64,000 nt of DNA from an uncultured Aminicenantes bacterium (GCA_965195285.1 CBDAFS010000012.1:70421-134420); one strand, 5' to 3'; numbered from the stretch's first letter, positions 38,005 to 48,270 are shown. Program-made: numbers and translations. The notes: generated by a model from the sequence alone, not told the origin.

Positions 38005-39252
38005 TTAAAAACTGTATTTAATCTTTACATATACCATGTCGTTTTTATTGAACTGTCCGAACATGCCTTTGTCGCCGGTAAAAATATTTGCTCCGAGCAA
38101 CACATCAAAACCGTCAAAAAGTTTATAGGTCACTTTTCCGCGTATAAGCGCATCTCCATTATTCAGGCCTACATAAGTGAACAATTCAAGGAACAATGTT
38201 TCCCTTAACAAATCTTTGGAAGCGAGAAAAGTCATCATATTTTCCGCACGGTCATTTAAAATCGGATCTTCATAATCCAGTATCAGCTGCTGAATGAACT
38301 GAATGCTCATTTTAATATCCAACAGTGTAAAATCAACTCCGAGCAGGTAATGTAAATAATTTTTTTCAACTACCCCTTCTTCAAGCATGGGATCCTCTGA
38401 TAAAAAATATTTTCCAAAATACCAAGCCCCTTCTCCTTTTATTACGAAGCTTCCGAGTGTTGTACCAAAACTCCCCCCGACAAGCCCTAAACGGTGGTGC
38501 TCCGGAATAACTGTTATCGAGTCGGGCTGCAATGTTACCGGATCAATATTCTTTACTGTATGCATTGTAGGGTCATCATCCCACATATATCCACCCATAA
38601 TGTCGAAGTCCAGTGCAGAGGTCACAGCGGAATATTTGAGGAATACTTCACTGTTCTTAACGCTTTTGGATACCTCCTCCCTGGAATAATCAAACTCAGG
38701 TTGAAGCGGAAGATCAAACCCGGGATTCCATATTGAATCCTCATCCGGGAACCTGGTGGGTGTAAAAACCGGTACCCAGACAAACTCAATAGTACTATCA
38801 CCTATATAGTAATCAGCTTTTAGGGATGTTATCCCAATCCGGATCTCATCAAATTCGGGAAGCAAAAATTCCCTGAGGTCTTTAGGTGAGATAACATCAG
38901 TGATAAAAACCCCGTCTGCTTTTCCCCAAATGATCTGCTGCTTTCCGATCCGGATATCCATCGAATTAAAAAAAATATCAATATAGGCCTGGCGCAGCCC
39001 TATCTCCAGGTCCTGATCCGGATACTGGTAAATGTAAGGATTGACTTTAAATGCTATTTTCTCTTTTGAATGATCCAGGTTTAAATTAAATGTGTTCTGG
39101 ATTATGGCAAAATCGTTTCCGGCTGATAACAGTATCCCGGAATAATTCCTTACATAACCGGTAAGGTTAAGTGAGCCTGCATTTAATCCAACCAAAGGAG
39201 TCAGCAGGAATACCAATATCCCTACTGTTATAAATGTTCGGTTCCGCATCAC
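38005..39252 (-). CDS. putative outer-membrane beta-barrel protein (porin-like) of RND/LolA-like export cluster
   Basis: Signal peptide, alternating amphipathic beta-strand pattern, C-terminal KIKYSF (terminal Phe) typical of OMPs; 4-bp overlap with upstream LolA-like gene. Confidence 0.5.
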   Translation of the reverse strand: MMRNRTFITVGILVFLLTPLVGLNAGSLNLTGYVRNYSGILLSAGNDFAIIQNTFNLNLDHSKEKIAFKVNPYIYQYPDQDLEIGLRQAYIDIFFNSMDIRIGKQQIIWGKADGVFITDVISPKDLREFLLPEFDEIRIGITSLKADYYIGDSTIEFVWVPVFTPTRFPDEDSIWNPGFDLPLQPEFDYSREEVSKSVKNSEVFLKYSAVTSALDFDIMGGYMWDDDPTMHTVKNIDPVTLQPDSITVIPEHHRLGLVGGSFGTTLGSFVIKGEGAWYFGKYFLSEDPMLEEGVVEKNYLHYLLGVDFTLLDIKMSIQFIQQLILDYEDPILNDRAENMMTFLASKDLLRETLFLELFTYVGLNNGDALIRGKVTYKLFDGFDVLLGANIFTGDKGMFGQFNKNDMVYVKIKYSF

Positions 39253-40031
39253 AGGCCTCTCTTCATCATCCTTTCGGTAAACTGTCTGGCCGGAATACCT
39301 GTATTAATCATCATATCTGAAAGTTCCATCAGTGTTGAGTGTTTTTTCTGAACATTGTACATCTCAGAATCGAGGATCGTCCAGAATCCGCTGATTTTTT
39401 CATGTTTCCTGATTTTCAGAATCTTTAACAATTCTCCGTCTTCATCATAGAATTCCCTTTGTAACCCTATCCATTTATCTTTAATAATCCAGGTTATTGT
39501 CCGCGAATACATATATTCCTCATCTTTTGTTTTACTCTCAACAACATAACAGTCTTCACCTTTGAAGTTCTCTTCCCTTAATAACCTGTGGTTATCCTCA
39601 TTGGGATGCCTATCACCAAGATCATCATAAGTAAAATCCGAACCCATAAAATAATCACTTTTACTGTCACTGGAAATTCTTTTTACCCTTTTAAGAGCTG
39701 GCAGATAAATCCACTGGTCATCATCTTTCCCCTCTTCAACATAACTCCAGTTCATAAATGATGTATTTCTTACATCAGCTGGTGAAATAAAGAACATAAT
39801 ACTCTTCTCTACTTTTCCGAAATCCTTGGTAAACTGTTTTATCTTTCTAACCCGTTTATTTCCATGAGAATTGATAAGGGTCATGGTAAGATTACCCCTG
39901 CTGTCATTCCCATCATCCCGGTTATAAACTTTTTCCATGATCTGTAATCCTGTATGTTCCGCTCCGGTTACCGTGAGTACCGGCAGAAGAATAAAACTTA
40001 AAACCAAAATCTGAATTCTTTTTACTGACAT
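39249..40031 (-). CDS. LolA-like outer membrane lipoprotein-sorting-family protein
   Basis: Signal peptide, ~260 aa; resembles LolA_like proteins that accompany MMPL/RND exporters; 2 bp after RND gene stop. Confidence 0.55.
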   Translation of the reverse strand: MSVKRIQILVLSFILLPVLTVTGAEHTGLQIMEKVYNRDDGNDSRGNLTMTLINSHGNKRVRKIKQFTKDFGKVEKSIMFFISPADVRNTSFMNWSYVEEGKDDDQWIYLPALKRVKRISSDSKSDYFMGSDFTYDDLGDRHPNEDNHRLLREENFKGEDCYVVESKTKDEEYMYSRTITWIIKDKWIGLQREFYDEDGELLKILKIRKHEKISGFWTILDSEMYNVQKKHSTLMELSDMMINTGIPARQFTERMMKRGL

Positions 40032-40032
40032 T

Positions 40033-42348
40033 TCAAACCTCCTGTTTTCTGTTTGTTTTGTTTTTATCTTTTTTAAAATATAGATTTGACATGTAAAGAA
40101 GCAGATACATTATTGAAACAGTGCCGACAAAACTTGTGAACATATTCATGGATACAAGTGCTCCGAGTGACCGGTTAGGCGGGAAAGCGGAGAATAAAAG
40201 TACTAAAAATCCTGTAATTACAACAAGGGCATTAAACACTATGGCCCTACCGGAGTGCTGCATAGTAAGTTCTCTTGCAATAATCTTATCCCCTGTTTCA
40301 ATAGAATATATCTTATATCTTTCAATAAAATGAACCGCATAATCAATCCCTATTCCGACTGCAATACTGGATAACAACGCTGTAGTTGTGCTCAGGGGAA
40401 TATTGAATAATCCCATTACCCCGAAACTTATCAATGCAGTGATAACGATAGGGACAGACCCGATAAATCCTGCAAGAACTTTTTTAAACATTATCGAGAG
40501 GAGAATTATGATCATTACAAGTGATATCAACAGGCTCAATATCTGCCCCAATAGTATCAGGTCGGTAAAAACAAGCCCCTTGTATCCGGAACCTGCATAG
40601 TTGATCTTAACTCCAAGTTCATTTAGCTTCGTCATATACCTCTCAATAACTCCTATTGCACTCTTCATCACTTTTGAGTCATCACTTTTCAGCTGGAGAA
40701 TAACATTCATTTTTTTATAATCATAATTTACAACCTTCCAGAGATTCTCAGGATCTCCTGACATTTCGTATAGAAGCAGATATTGAGCAACCAGATTTTT
40801 TGAATCAGGAATAGAATTGAACTCTTCTTTATCCGCATGCATCACCTTATTCATTCTTTTCAGGTAATCGGTAAGAGAGAAAGAATTACCCACCATCTCC
40901 TGTTTTTCAACATCTTTCTGTATATCGTCAATAACCCTGAGAATAGCCGGGTTTTTGAAGGCATCTTTTTCCCGGGAATCGAGAATAACATTTAAAGTCG
41001 ATGTGCCACCGAAATGGGAATTTATAAATTTATCAGTTTGAACAATATCACTATCCTTTTCAAACTTATCAAGGAAACTTGAATTGATCCAGACCTTTCC
41101 GATCCCTATGAAAGACAGGATAATGATCGTCAATGTGATAAAAATAGTCAGGTATTTATATTTTATTATCCATTTTGAAAATACGGTACCAAAACTATTT
41201 TTGATTGATCTATCCTTTGTCTTATTTTTATATTTCCACCCGGGAAGCCCGACTGCCATTAATCCCGCAGGGATCAGTAACAGTGAGAAGAACATGGCCA
41301 TCACAACTCCGAATGCGGTAAATAATCCGAAATATTTTATCGGGTAAACCTGGGAAGTAATTAAAGAAATAAAACCGACTGCTGTAGTAACAGAGGTCAT
41401 GACAACCGGTTTCCACATCCCGTGGAACATGTCTGCTATCGCATCAATTTTTGAAGCAGAGGGGTTTTTTTTCATGAACAGATGTAAATGACTGAAAAGA
41501 TGTATCCCGTCTGCAACACCGATCGCAATCAGCATTACCGGGATCATTGTCGAAACTGAATATATCGGGATATTTAATATTGCCATTAATCCGAATGTAA
41601 GAACAGTACTGAATAAAACTACAAGCAGCGTGAGAATGGTTGCCTTGATACTTCTTAATAACAGCAGGAGTACAATGCTGATTAAAAGTATAACGATCGG
41701 TACCATCTTCCGCATGTCTTTCGGGCCCAGGTATGCCAGGGTTCCCTCAACTATCGGGGTTCCGGCAACATAAATCCTTTCCGGCCCCTCATATTTTTTA
41801 GAAAGTTCCAGTATCCGGTGATAAAATTCCTGTGAAAAAACATCATCTTTGATCTCTGCAATTACAAGTGTTACGCTTTCATCTACCGATACAAGGCGCC
41901 CAAAGATCATATCATTACCACGTACTGCGGAAGCCATTTTTTCCAATTGCCCGGTACTTTTCGGAACACTCTTAAAAAAGGGCTTAACATCCATTCCGTC
42001 TTCTGTCCCTGTGATATTGTCTGCAGTGAATAGCGATGTCACATCGCTTTTTTCTATCTCTTTCATTTTCTGCAGTTCTTTTGTGAGGTCTTTTATCTTT
42101 TTAATTGTACCGGGATTATATATCCCCTGCTTATTTTCAATGGCAATAATTATCCCGTCTTTTATGTTGAACCACTCTTCGGCTTGGCTACTATAGATGA
42201 ATGCAGGATGTTCCTGCGGCATATATTCATCCAGGTCGGTCTCCATCCGGGTATTTGATCTCATTGCCATAAAAAATCCGACAATTATGATTAATATCGC
42301 CAGCAATACGATCTTATTGAATTTTGTAATCAGTTTTAATATTTTCAT
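40033..42348 (-). CDS. MMPL/RND-superfamily exporter (12-TM, two large periplasmic loops)
   Basis: 771 aa, TM1 + periplasmic domain + TM2-6 (sterol-sensing-like) repeated twice; HpnN/MMPL-like architecture. Confidence 0.8.
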   Translation of the reverse strand: MKILKLITKFNKIVLLAILIIIVGFFMAMRSNTRMETDLDEYMPQEHPAFIYSSQAEEWFNIKDGIIIAIENKQGIYNPGTIKKIKDLTKELQKMKEIEKSDVTSLFTADNITGTEDGMDVKPFFKSVPKSTGQLEKMASAVRGNDMIFGRLVSVDESVTLVIAEIKDDVFSQEFYHRILELSKKYEGPERIYVAGTPIVEGTLAYLGPKDMRKMVPIVILLISIVLLLLLRSIKATILTLLVVLFSTVLTFGLMAILNIPIYSVSTMIPVMLIAIGVADGIHLFSHLHLFMKKNPSASKIDAIADMFHGMWKPVVMTSVTTAVGFISLITSQVYPIKYFGLFTAFGVVMAMFFSLLLIPAGLMAVGLPGWKYKNKTKDRSIKNSFGTVFSKWIIKYKYLTIFITLTIIILSFIGIGKVWINSSFLDKFEKDSDIVQTDKFINSHFGGTSTLNVILDSREKDAFKNPAILRVIDDIQKDVEKQEMVGNSFSLTDYLKRMNKVMHADKEEFNSIPDSKNLVAQYLLLYEMSGDPENLWKVVNYDYKKMNVILQLKSDDSKVMKSAIGVIERYMTKLNELGVKINYAGSGYKGLVFTDLILLGQILSLLISLVMIIILLSIMFKKVLAGFIGSVPIVITALISFGVMGLFNIPLSTTTALLSSIAVGIGIDYAVHFIERYKIYSIETGDKIIARELTMQHSGRAIVFNALVVITGFLVLLFSAFPPNRSLGALVSMNMFTSFVGTVSIMYLLLYMSNLYFKKDKNKTNRKQEV

Positions 42349-42403
42349 TATTTTTACTCCTTTATGCAGTTAATACCAATTACCATTTGCGGTAATAAAA
42401 ATC

Positions 42404-42997
42404 TTATCTGCGATTTTCTGTTATTAATATCTTTATGGTATTCCAAAATTTTATCCCCTGTTTTTCAATATTAAAAGAGTGATTTGATAACCTCCATTTT
42501 TTAACTATCAGCCTTAATCCACCCATTATAATATTGGTAATCTGCTCCTCATGAATATCACTCCTGATCTCTGATTTTTTCTGTCCATCCCGGATTATTA
42601 CCAGTATTCTATCAAAATTTGATCTCATTATTGAAAATATCTTTTTTGCCAGTTTTTTATCATCCCTGAATATTTCCTCGGAAAAGATCACAGCTGCAAA
42701 AGCAGGGTTTTTTGCAAAGTGAGAAAAATGGGTGTCAACAATTTCCCTGAGTTTATCAATCGAGGAGACTTCTTCATTCTGAATAAAGTCATTCTCAATT
42801 GGAATGAACTTTTCAAATTGCGTTAAAATAGCAATAAGGATATCCATTTTACTCTCAAAGTGCCTATATATGGCCGGTTCCGAAATTCCTATTGATCTTG
42901 AGAGGTTCTTTATTGTAAGGTTCTGTATTCCTTTTTCCGAAATAATATCGATCGAGGCTTTTATAATTTCTTCCTGTCTTTCTGTAAAAAGTTTCAT
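42404..42997 (-). CDS. TetR/AcrR-family transcriptional regulator
   Basis: N-terminal HTH (IISEKGIQNLTIKNLSRSIGISEPAIYRHF), 197 aa. Confidence 0.8.
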   Translation of the reverse strand: MKLFTERQEEIIKASIDIISEKGIQNLTIKNLSRSIGISEPAIYRHFESKMDILIAILTQFEKFIPIENDFIQNEEVSSIDKLREIVDTHFSHFAKNPAFAAVIFSEEIFRDDKKLAKKIFSIMRSNFDRILVIIRDGQKKSEIRSDIHEEQITNIIMGGLRLIVKKWRLSNHSFNIEKQGIKFWNTIKILITENRR

Positions 42998-43013
42998 TTT
43001 TAGTTTTCCTCAT

Positions 43014-43033
43014 GTTAGTTAATATTCACTAAC
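43014..43033. promoter_or_regulatory. candidate TetR operator: perfect palindrome GTTAGT-N8-ACTAAC 17 bp upstream of tetR start codon
   Basis: gttagttaatattcactaac read directly from the sequence. Confidence 0.45.
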
Positions 43034-43312
43034 CACAATAATATAAAAATGTTGCGGTGTCAACAAAAAAATATTTTTTTCTCATTTTTTCCCCTTTCCC
43101 TAATTTCAATATTCAAAAAATTAATAAATTAACAATCCATCCCCAATTTTTTATTGTTGGTGGTTTTATATTTGAATATCCGAAGAATTTACCCGCCTGT
43201 TCCTATTGTCAAAATGTCAAGCACCGTCACCCCTTGCTGACATATTGCTTTTGAAGGGTAAAATGAATCGAATTTTTGAGACAGCCTCAAAGACTTGACC
43301 CATATTATTCTA

Positions 43313-44083
43313 TTATTGTAGTCCGGAATAGATTTTCAGAAAGTCCGGTAATCCCAGTTGTTCGGCCCGGAGGTTATTCTTGATTTTTCCGCTGCAAAAG
43401 GTCGCATTCAGTTTATCCTTTCCGTAGACCCCGCTGAGATTGTTGAACAGGGTTTTTCGTCTGGATTTGAAAGCCTGTTGCAGGAATTGATAAAATTCTC
43501 CCTGGCTCGGGATTTTGTCCTGACCGGGTCTGGGTTGAAAGTTGAATACAGTTGAGATGACATCCGGAGGCGGAGAGAATGAACCCGGTTTGACATCGCA
43601 GATTTTTTTGGATTGAAATAGTGTCCGGAACATCAGGGACCGGGCATTATTGGACTTCGAATTGGAAATTCGAATGGTTTTGACCACAAATTCCCTCTGC
43701 ATCATGAGGATTCCCCTGCGGATAAATCGGCTCTGGCGGATTATCCAGTCGATCAATTCTTTTGAAATATAAAATGGGATATTTCCAATCAAATTTAATT
43801 TTTCTCTGAACAATAATTTGTCCAGTTCAATGTCCAGTATATCGGCATTGATTATCAGGCAATTCTCCCGGTACTTTTTCTGGATTTCCTCGGCCAGAGA
43901 CCTGTCCTTCTCCACCAGTATCAACTTGTTATTTCCCCGGTGTCGGATCAATAGATCGGATAAAATTCCCCTGCCCGGTCCGATTTCCAGAATGGGTCCT
44001 TGGGCTGGAAACAGATTTAAGATCATCTTACTGGCAATATTCTGATTGATCAGGAAATGCTGGCCCAGGGGTGTAGGATTCAT
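43313..44083 (-). CDS. rsmA: 16S rRNA (adenine1518/1519-N6)-dimethyltransferase
   Basis: N-terminal GQHFL motif, SAM-binding EIGPGRG; 256 aa. Confidence 0.85.
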   Translation of the reverse strand: MNPTPLGQHFLINQNIASKMILNLFPAQGPILEIGPGRGILSDLLIRHRGNNKLILVEKDRSLAEEIQKKYRENCLIINADILDIELDKLLFREKLNLIGNIPFYISKELIDWIIRQSRFIRRGILMMQREFVVKTIRISNSKSNNARSLMFRTLFQSKKICDVKPGSFSPPPDVISTVFNFQPRPGQDKIPSQGEFYQFLQQAFKSRRKTLFNNLSGVYGKDKLNATFCSGKIKNNLRAEQLGLPDFLKIYSGLQ

Positions 44084-45330
44084 GGAGACAGGACCTCGCC
44101 TTCACAGATATTTTCATTGATGAGGTGTTTGATTTTGAGTTTGACTTTCTTCTTTTTGAATCCCGTTAAGGGTGGGACTCGAACGGTCAGAAAGTTGTCG
44201 GTGACGATGAGGGAATAGTTGTCGTTTTCCTCGATCAGGATACCTTCCAGGATTTTTCCCAGGAACTTTTCCCGGTAACGCAGGCGAAGCTCGGTATTGA
44301 TTTCCTTGAGAATCTTCACCCGTTTTTTAATAATGTTCTGGGCAACAGGTTCAAGATTATAAGCAGCGGTTCCCTCACGGGGTGAAAATGGGAAAACATG
44401 CAGGTAATTCAGGGGGGTTTGATTGATCAGGTCCAGGCTTTCCTGAAAATTGTTTTCACTCTCCTCGGGGAAACCCACAATGATATCGGCACCGAAATTG
44501 GCATCCGGGAAAAACTTGGAAAAGACATTCATCATCTTTTTAAAATCATCTGACTTCAACCCCCGTTTCATTTTTCTTAAAATCGTGTTGCTGCCGCTCT
44601 GCAGGGAAAGGTGAAAACTCCGGGCCAGATTGTTTATATAGCTAAGTTCCTTGATAAAACCATACTTGATGTAGCGGGGATCCAGAGAACTGAGCCGGAT
44701 AAACTCAAGGTTTTTTATTTCACTGATTTTCTTGACCAGGTTCAGTAAGTTTTGGCGGGGAAACAGATCATAGCCATAGGAAGAGAGGTTGATTCCGGTC
44801 AGTACGATTTCCCGGTATCCCAGCAAGGCAAAATACCTGGCCCTGTCCAGTATTTCTTCCAGGGGAGAACTGGTTGATTTACCCCTTAAATAGGGGACAA
44901 TGCAGAAAGAGCACCTGTGGTTGCATCCGTCCTGGATTTTTAAAAAAATCCTGGACCTGAATGAAGAGTGAAAAATGATATTTTCATTTTTTACCGGAAA
45001 TAACTGCCTGATGGTTTCGGTCAGGCCCTGTTTTTGCTGGTTGTCAATGAATATATAATCCTTGAATCGTTCGGCCAGCCGGGCAGTTTCCTTGGTGACG
45101 GTACAGCCGGTAACAATCCATTTTTTGTGGGTGTTTTTATAGATTTTATTGATAAACCGCAAGACATCCCGTTCGGCCCTCTGGGTTACACTGCAGGTAT
45201 TGATAATGCCGAAATCGGCTTCCTGGAGGGAACTGACCAGCTGGTAGCCTGAATTTTCCAATACGATGATCCATTCCTGAACTTCTGCTTGATTGGTTCG
45301 GCAACCAAAGTATTTGACATAAAACTTCAT
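44080..45330 (-). CDS. mtaB: radical-SAM methylthiotransferase, MtaB/MiaB-like tRNA-modifying enzyme
   Basis: UPF0004 N-domain (YFGCRTNQAE), radical SAM CNHRCSFC; 416 aa. Confidence 0.75.
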   Translation of the reverse strand: MKFYVKYFGCRTNQAEVQEWIIVLENSGYQLVSSLQEADFGIINTCSVTQRAERDVLRFINKIYKNTHKKWIVTGCTVTKETARLAERFKDYIFIDNQQKQGLTETIRQLFPVKNENIIFHSSFRSRIFLKIQDGCNHRCSFCIVPYLRGKSTSSPLEEILDRARYFALLGYREIVLTGINLSSYGYDLFPRQNLLNLVKKISEIKNLEFIRLSSLDPRYIKYGFIKELSYINNLARSFHLSLQSGSNTILRKMKRGLKSDDFKKMMNVFSKFFPDANFGADIIVGFPEESENNFQESLDLINQTPLNYLHVFPFSPREGTAAYNLEPVAQNIIKKRVKILKEINTELRLRYREKFLGKILEGILIEENDNYSLIVTDNFLTVRVPPLTGFKKKKVKLKIKHLINENICEGEVLSP

Positions 45331-45830
45331 TCAGTTTTTAACTTTTTTTTGAGTTTCCGGCTTTTATCAACGACCTGCTGCTTCTGTTCCTCCCTGAAAT
45401 CGGCCAGTTGCTGTTTCAGGGCAGGATTGGCTAAGGATAGAATATGGACGGCAAACAGGATAGCATTTACCCCGCCAGAGTTTCCAATTCCAAAGGTTGC
45501 CACCGGGATTCCTCCCGGCATTTGAACAATGGAATAGAGGGAATCCATTCCGGATAATTTTGAATCAATGGGAACCCCCAGAACCGGAAGCAGGGTATGG
45601 GCGGCGATAACACCGGGGAGGTGAGCCGCGCCTCCGGCTGCAGCAATGATAACCTCAATGCCTGCGTTTTCATATTTTTTGATCAGCTCCAGGGTCCTGT
45701 CCGGTGTCCGGTGAGCAGAACTGACCTCAATTTCAAAGGTGACATTGAATTTTTTTAAAAGGGAGATTCCTTTTTCCAGGTAGGGAAAGTCGGAATCGCT
45801 TCCCATGATTATACCGATTTTTGGATTCAT
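45327..45830 (-). CDS. purE: N5-carboxyaminoimidazole ribonucleotide mutase
   Basis: Classic PurE sequence (IMGSDSD...AHRTP...AGGAAHLPG). Confidence 0.9.
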   Translation of the reverse strand: MNPKIGIIMGSDSDFPYLEKGISLLKKFNVTFEIEVSSAHRTPDRTLELIKKYENAGIEVIIAAAGGAAHLPGVIAAHTLLPVLGVPIDSKLSGMDSLYSIVQMPGGIPVATFGIGNSGGVNAILFAVHILSLANPALKQQLADFREEQKQQVVDKSRKLKKKLKTE

Positions 45831-47089
45831 TTTTTTACCTTCCCTATATCGGTCCGATAATATATATTATCGAAGGTGATAAAAGATATGGCATCATATA
45901 TTTTTTTCATGGCATCCTTCAAATTGGAACTCAGGGTACAGATATTCAGTACCCGGCCGCCCGAGGTATAATAATTTTTATCTTTGGCAGTGGTTCCGGC
46001 ATGGAAAATTTCAACCCCCAGAGATTTGGCTCGCTCCAGGCCTTCGATTTTCATGCCGGTTTCGTGTTTTGAAGGGTATCCCTTGGAAGACAGCACCACA
46101 CATCCGGCCACCTTTTCATCCCATTCAACCGGAATATCAAACAGACTGCCCTCGGCAGCCCCTTCCATCAAGTCCACGATATCACTCTTCAGTCTCAGTA
46201 TGATGGCCTGGGTTTCCGGATCCCCGAATCTCACATTAAATTCCAGCACCTTGGGGCCCTCGGGAGTTATCATCAGGCCAGCATAGAGGACTCCCCTGAA
46301 TTCCCTGCCTTCCCGGCGCAGGCCTTCAATCGTCGGTATGATGACTGTTTTCATAATAATCGTATAGAGGTTTTTATCACTTTTTGGAGAAGGGGATATG
46401 GCACCCATGCCTCCGGTATTGGGTCCCCGGTCATAATCAAATATTTTTTTATAATCCATGGCCGAAACCAGAGGAATGGCCCGCTTTCCATCCGAAATGA
46501 CCAGAAAAGACATCTCCTGTCCTCTTAAAAGTTCCTCGATGATAATGCGTTCTCCAGCCTTTCCGAACTTTTTTTCCACCATAATCGAATCCACAATGGC
46601 TTCGGCCTGTTCGGGATTGTTGCAAATAAAGACCCCTTTGCCACCGGCCAGCCCATCGGCTTTCACCACCACCGGAAAGTTTGCTTTTTTCAGATGTTTT
46701 TTGGCATCACTGGGGTAGCCATAGGTAGCAAATTCAGCGGTCGGGATTTTATTTTTCTCCATAAATTCTTTGGCAAAGATCTTTGAGCTCTCAATCATAG
46801 CCGCCATCTGGGTAGGGCCGAATATCTTCAGGTTTCTTTTGTTAAATTCATCGGCAATACCCAGCGACAGGGGGAGTTCGGGGCCAACAATGGTTAAATC
46901 AATTTTTTCCTCCTGAGCGAAGTCTGCGATTTCAATGATATTGGAGGCTTTTATATCAATTGTCTGGGCGAGCTCCTCCATGCCTGCATTTCCGGGAATG
47001 GCATAAATTTTTTTCACTTTTTTTGATTGGGAAATTTTCCAGACCAGAGCATGTTCCCGGCCGCCCGAACCGATTACTAAAATTTTCAT
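45827..47089 (-). CDS. purD: phosphoribosylamine--glycine ligase
   Basis: MKILVIGSGGREHAL N-terminus, ATP-grasp core; 420 aa. Confidence 0.9.
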   Translation of the reverse strand: MKILVIGSGGREHALVWKISQSKKVKKIYAIPGNAGMEELAQTIDIKASNIIEIADFAQEEKIDLTIVGPELPLSLGIADEFNKRNLKIFGPTQMAAMIESSKIFAKEFMEKNKIPTAEFATYGYPSDAKKHLKKANFPVVVKADGLAGGKGVFICNNPEQAEAIVDSIMVEKKFGKAGERIIIEELLRGQEMSFLVISDGKRAIPLVSAMDYKKIFDYDRGPNTGGMGAISPSPKSDKNLYTIIMKTVIIPTIEGLRREGREFRGVLYAGLMITPEGPKVLEFNVRFGDPETQAIILRLKSDIVDLMEGAAEGSLFDIPVEWDEKVAGCVVLSSKGYPSKHETGMKIEGLERAKSLGVEIFHAGTTAKDKNYYTSGGRVLNICTLSSNLKDAMKKIYDAISFITFDNIYYRTDIGKVKK

Positions 47090-47331
47090 GTTTGCTCCTT
47101 ATCTAATGTCAGCACCCCATACCGCTGCAGCTGAGTATTGAAGTACAAAAATAATTTTAAAATCTATTATATACAAATTATAAGAAAAAAACAGATCATT
47201 CTCAAGTATTTTAACCCAATGAAATTTATTTATTGGAAATAATTGAGGTTTGACAACCCGGATCGTTTGGGCTACCATTTTAAGTATCAGCAATGATGGG
47301 TGACATGTGTATTTTTAACAGCGAGGGCTAA

Positions 47332-48255
47332 ATGAAAGATGAAATTGATGCAGTTGTCAATCAGGTTGGCCGGATCATACTGGGCAAGCAGAAGGAAATC
47401 AAATTGGTGATGGCCTGTTTGCTGGCCCGGGGGCATTTGTTGATCGAGGACATACCCGGGGTAGGGAAAACCACCATGGCCCAGGCACTGGCCAGAACCC
47501 TGGGGCTTCAGTACAATCGCATCCAGTTTACCAGTGACCTGCTACCTGCCGATGTGGTGGGTGTTTCTGTTTTTAATCGGGAAACCCAAAAATTCAAATT
47601 CCATCCTGGCCCGCTGTTCGGTCAGATGGTGTTGGTGGATGAGTTGAATCGGGCCACTCCCCGAACCCAGAGTGCACTGCTTGAGGCCATGGAAGAACGC
47701 CAGGTTTCAATTGATTCCATTACCTATCCGCTTCCCGAACCGTTTTTTGTCATTGCTACCCAGAATCAGCGCTACCATGTGGGGACCTTTCCCCTGCCCG
47801 AGTCTCAACTGGACCGCTTTTTCATGAGGATCCGACTGGGTTACCCGGACCATGCGGCTGAACGACAGCTCCTGACTGGCGAAAACCGGCAGGCCATGTT
47901 GAAAAAAATGAGCCCGGTCATATTGGTGTCCAGATTGCTTGAACTTCAGGAAAAAGTGATTCAGGTCCATACTTCGCCGGCTATCCTGGATTATGTTCAA
48001 AATATCATTACTGCCAGCCGCCACACCCAGCAATATCTGGGGCTCTCTCCCCGGGCTGGTATTGCCCTGCTCCATGCCGCCCAGGGCTATGCCCTTACCC
48101 AAGGCAGAGATCTGGTTTTACCCGAGGATGTTCAGCAAGTAGCCGGAAGTGTGCTGGAACACCGCTTGAACCCGGAGGGAAGCAAGGTCAAAGGGAGTGG
48201 ATTCAGTGCTTCGGAAAATTTGATATCTTCATTGTCGGTTGACCCGGTTTCCTGA
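47332..48255 (+). CDS. moxR: MoxR-family AAA+ ATPase
   Basis: Walker A GVGKT, MoxR-type sequence; first gene of MoxR-DUF58-transglutaminase triad. Confidence 0.85.
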   Translation: MKDEIDAVVNQVGRIILGKQKEIKLVMACLLARGHLLIEDIPGVGKTTMAQALARTLGLQYNRIQFTSDLLPADVVGVSVFNRETQKFKFHPGPLFGQMVLVDELNRATPRTQSALLEAMEERQVSIDSITYPLPEPFFVIATQNQRYHVGTFPLPESQLDRFFMRIRLGYPDHAAERQLLTGENRQAMLKKMSPVILVSRLLELQEKVIQVHTSPAILDYVQNIITASRHTQQYLGLSPRAGIALLHAAQGYALTQGRDLVLPEDVQQVAGSVLEHRLNPEGSKVKGSGFSASENLISSLSVDPVS

Positions 48256-48270
48256 ACTGTTTGATAACAG

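Noticed and set aside
43057-43254. 65-aa ORF in tetR-rsmA intergenic region
   Set aside because: AT-rich low-complexity translation (FFLIFSPFPNFNIQKINK), no RBS, overlaps putative tetR promoter/operator region.
47090-47331. Possible purine riboswitch upstream of purD-purE
   Set aside because: Reverse-complemented leader examined; no conserved purine-riboswitch core (UAUA...GGGA...CCGUAAAU-like junction) recognisable.
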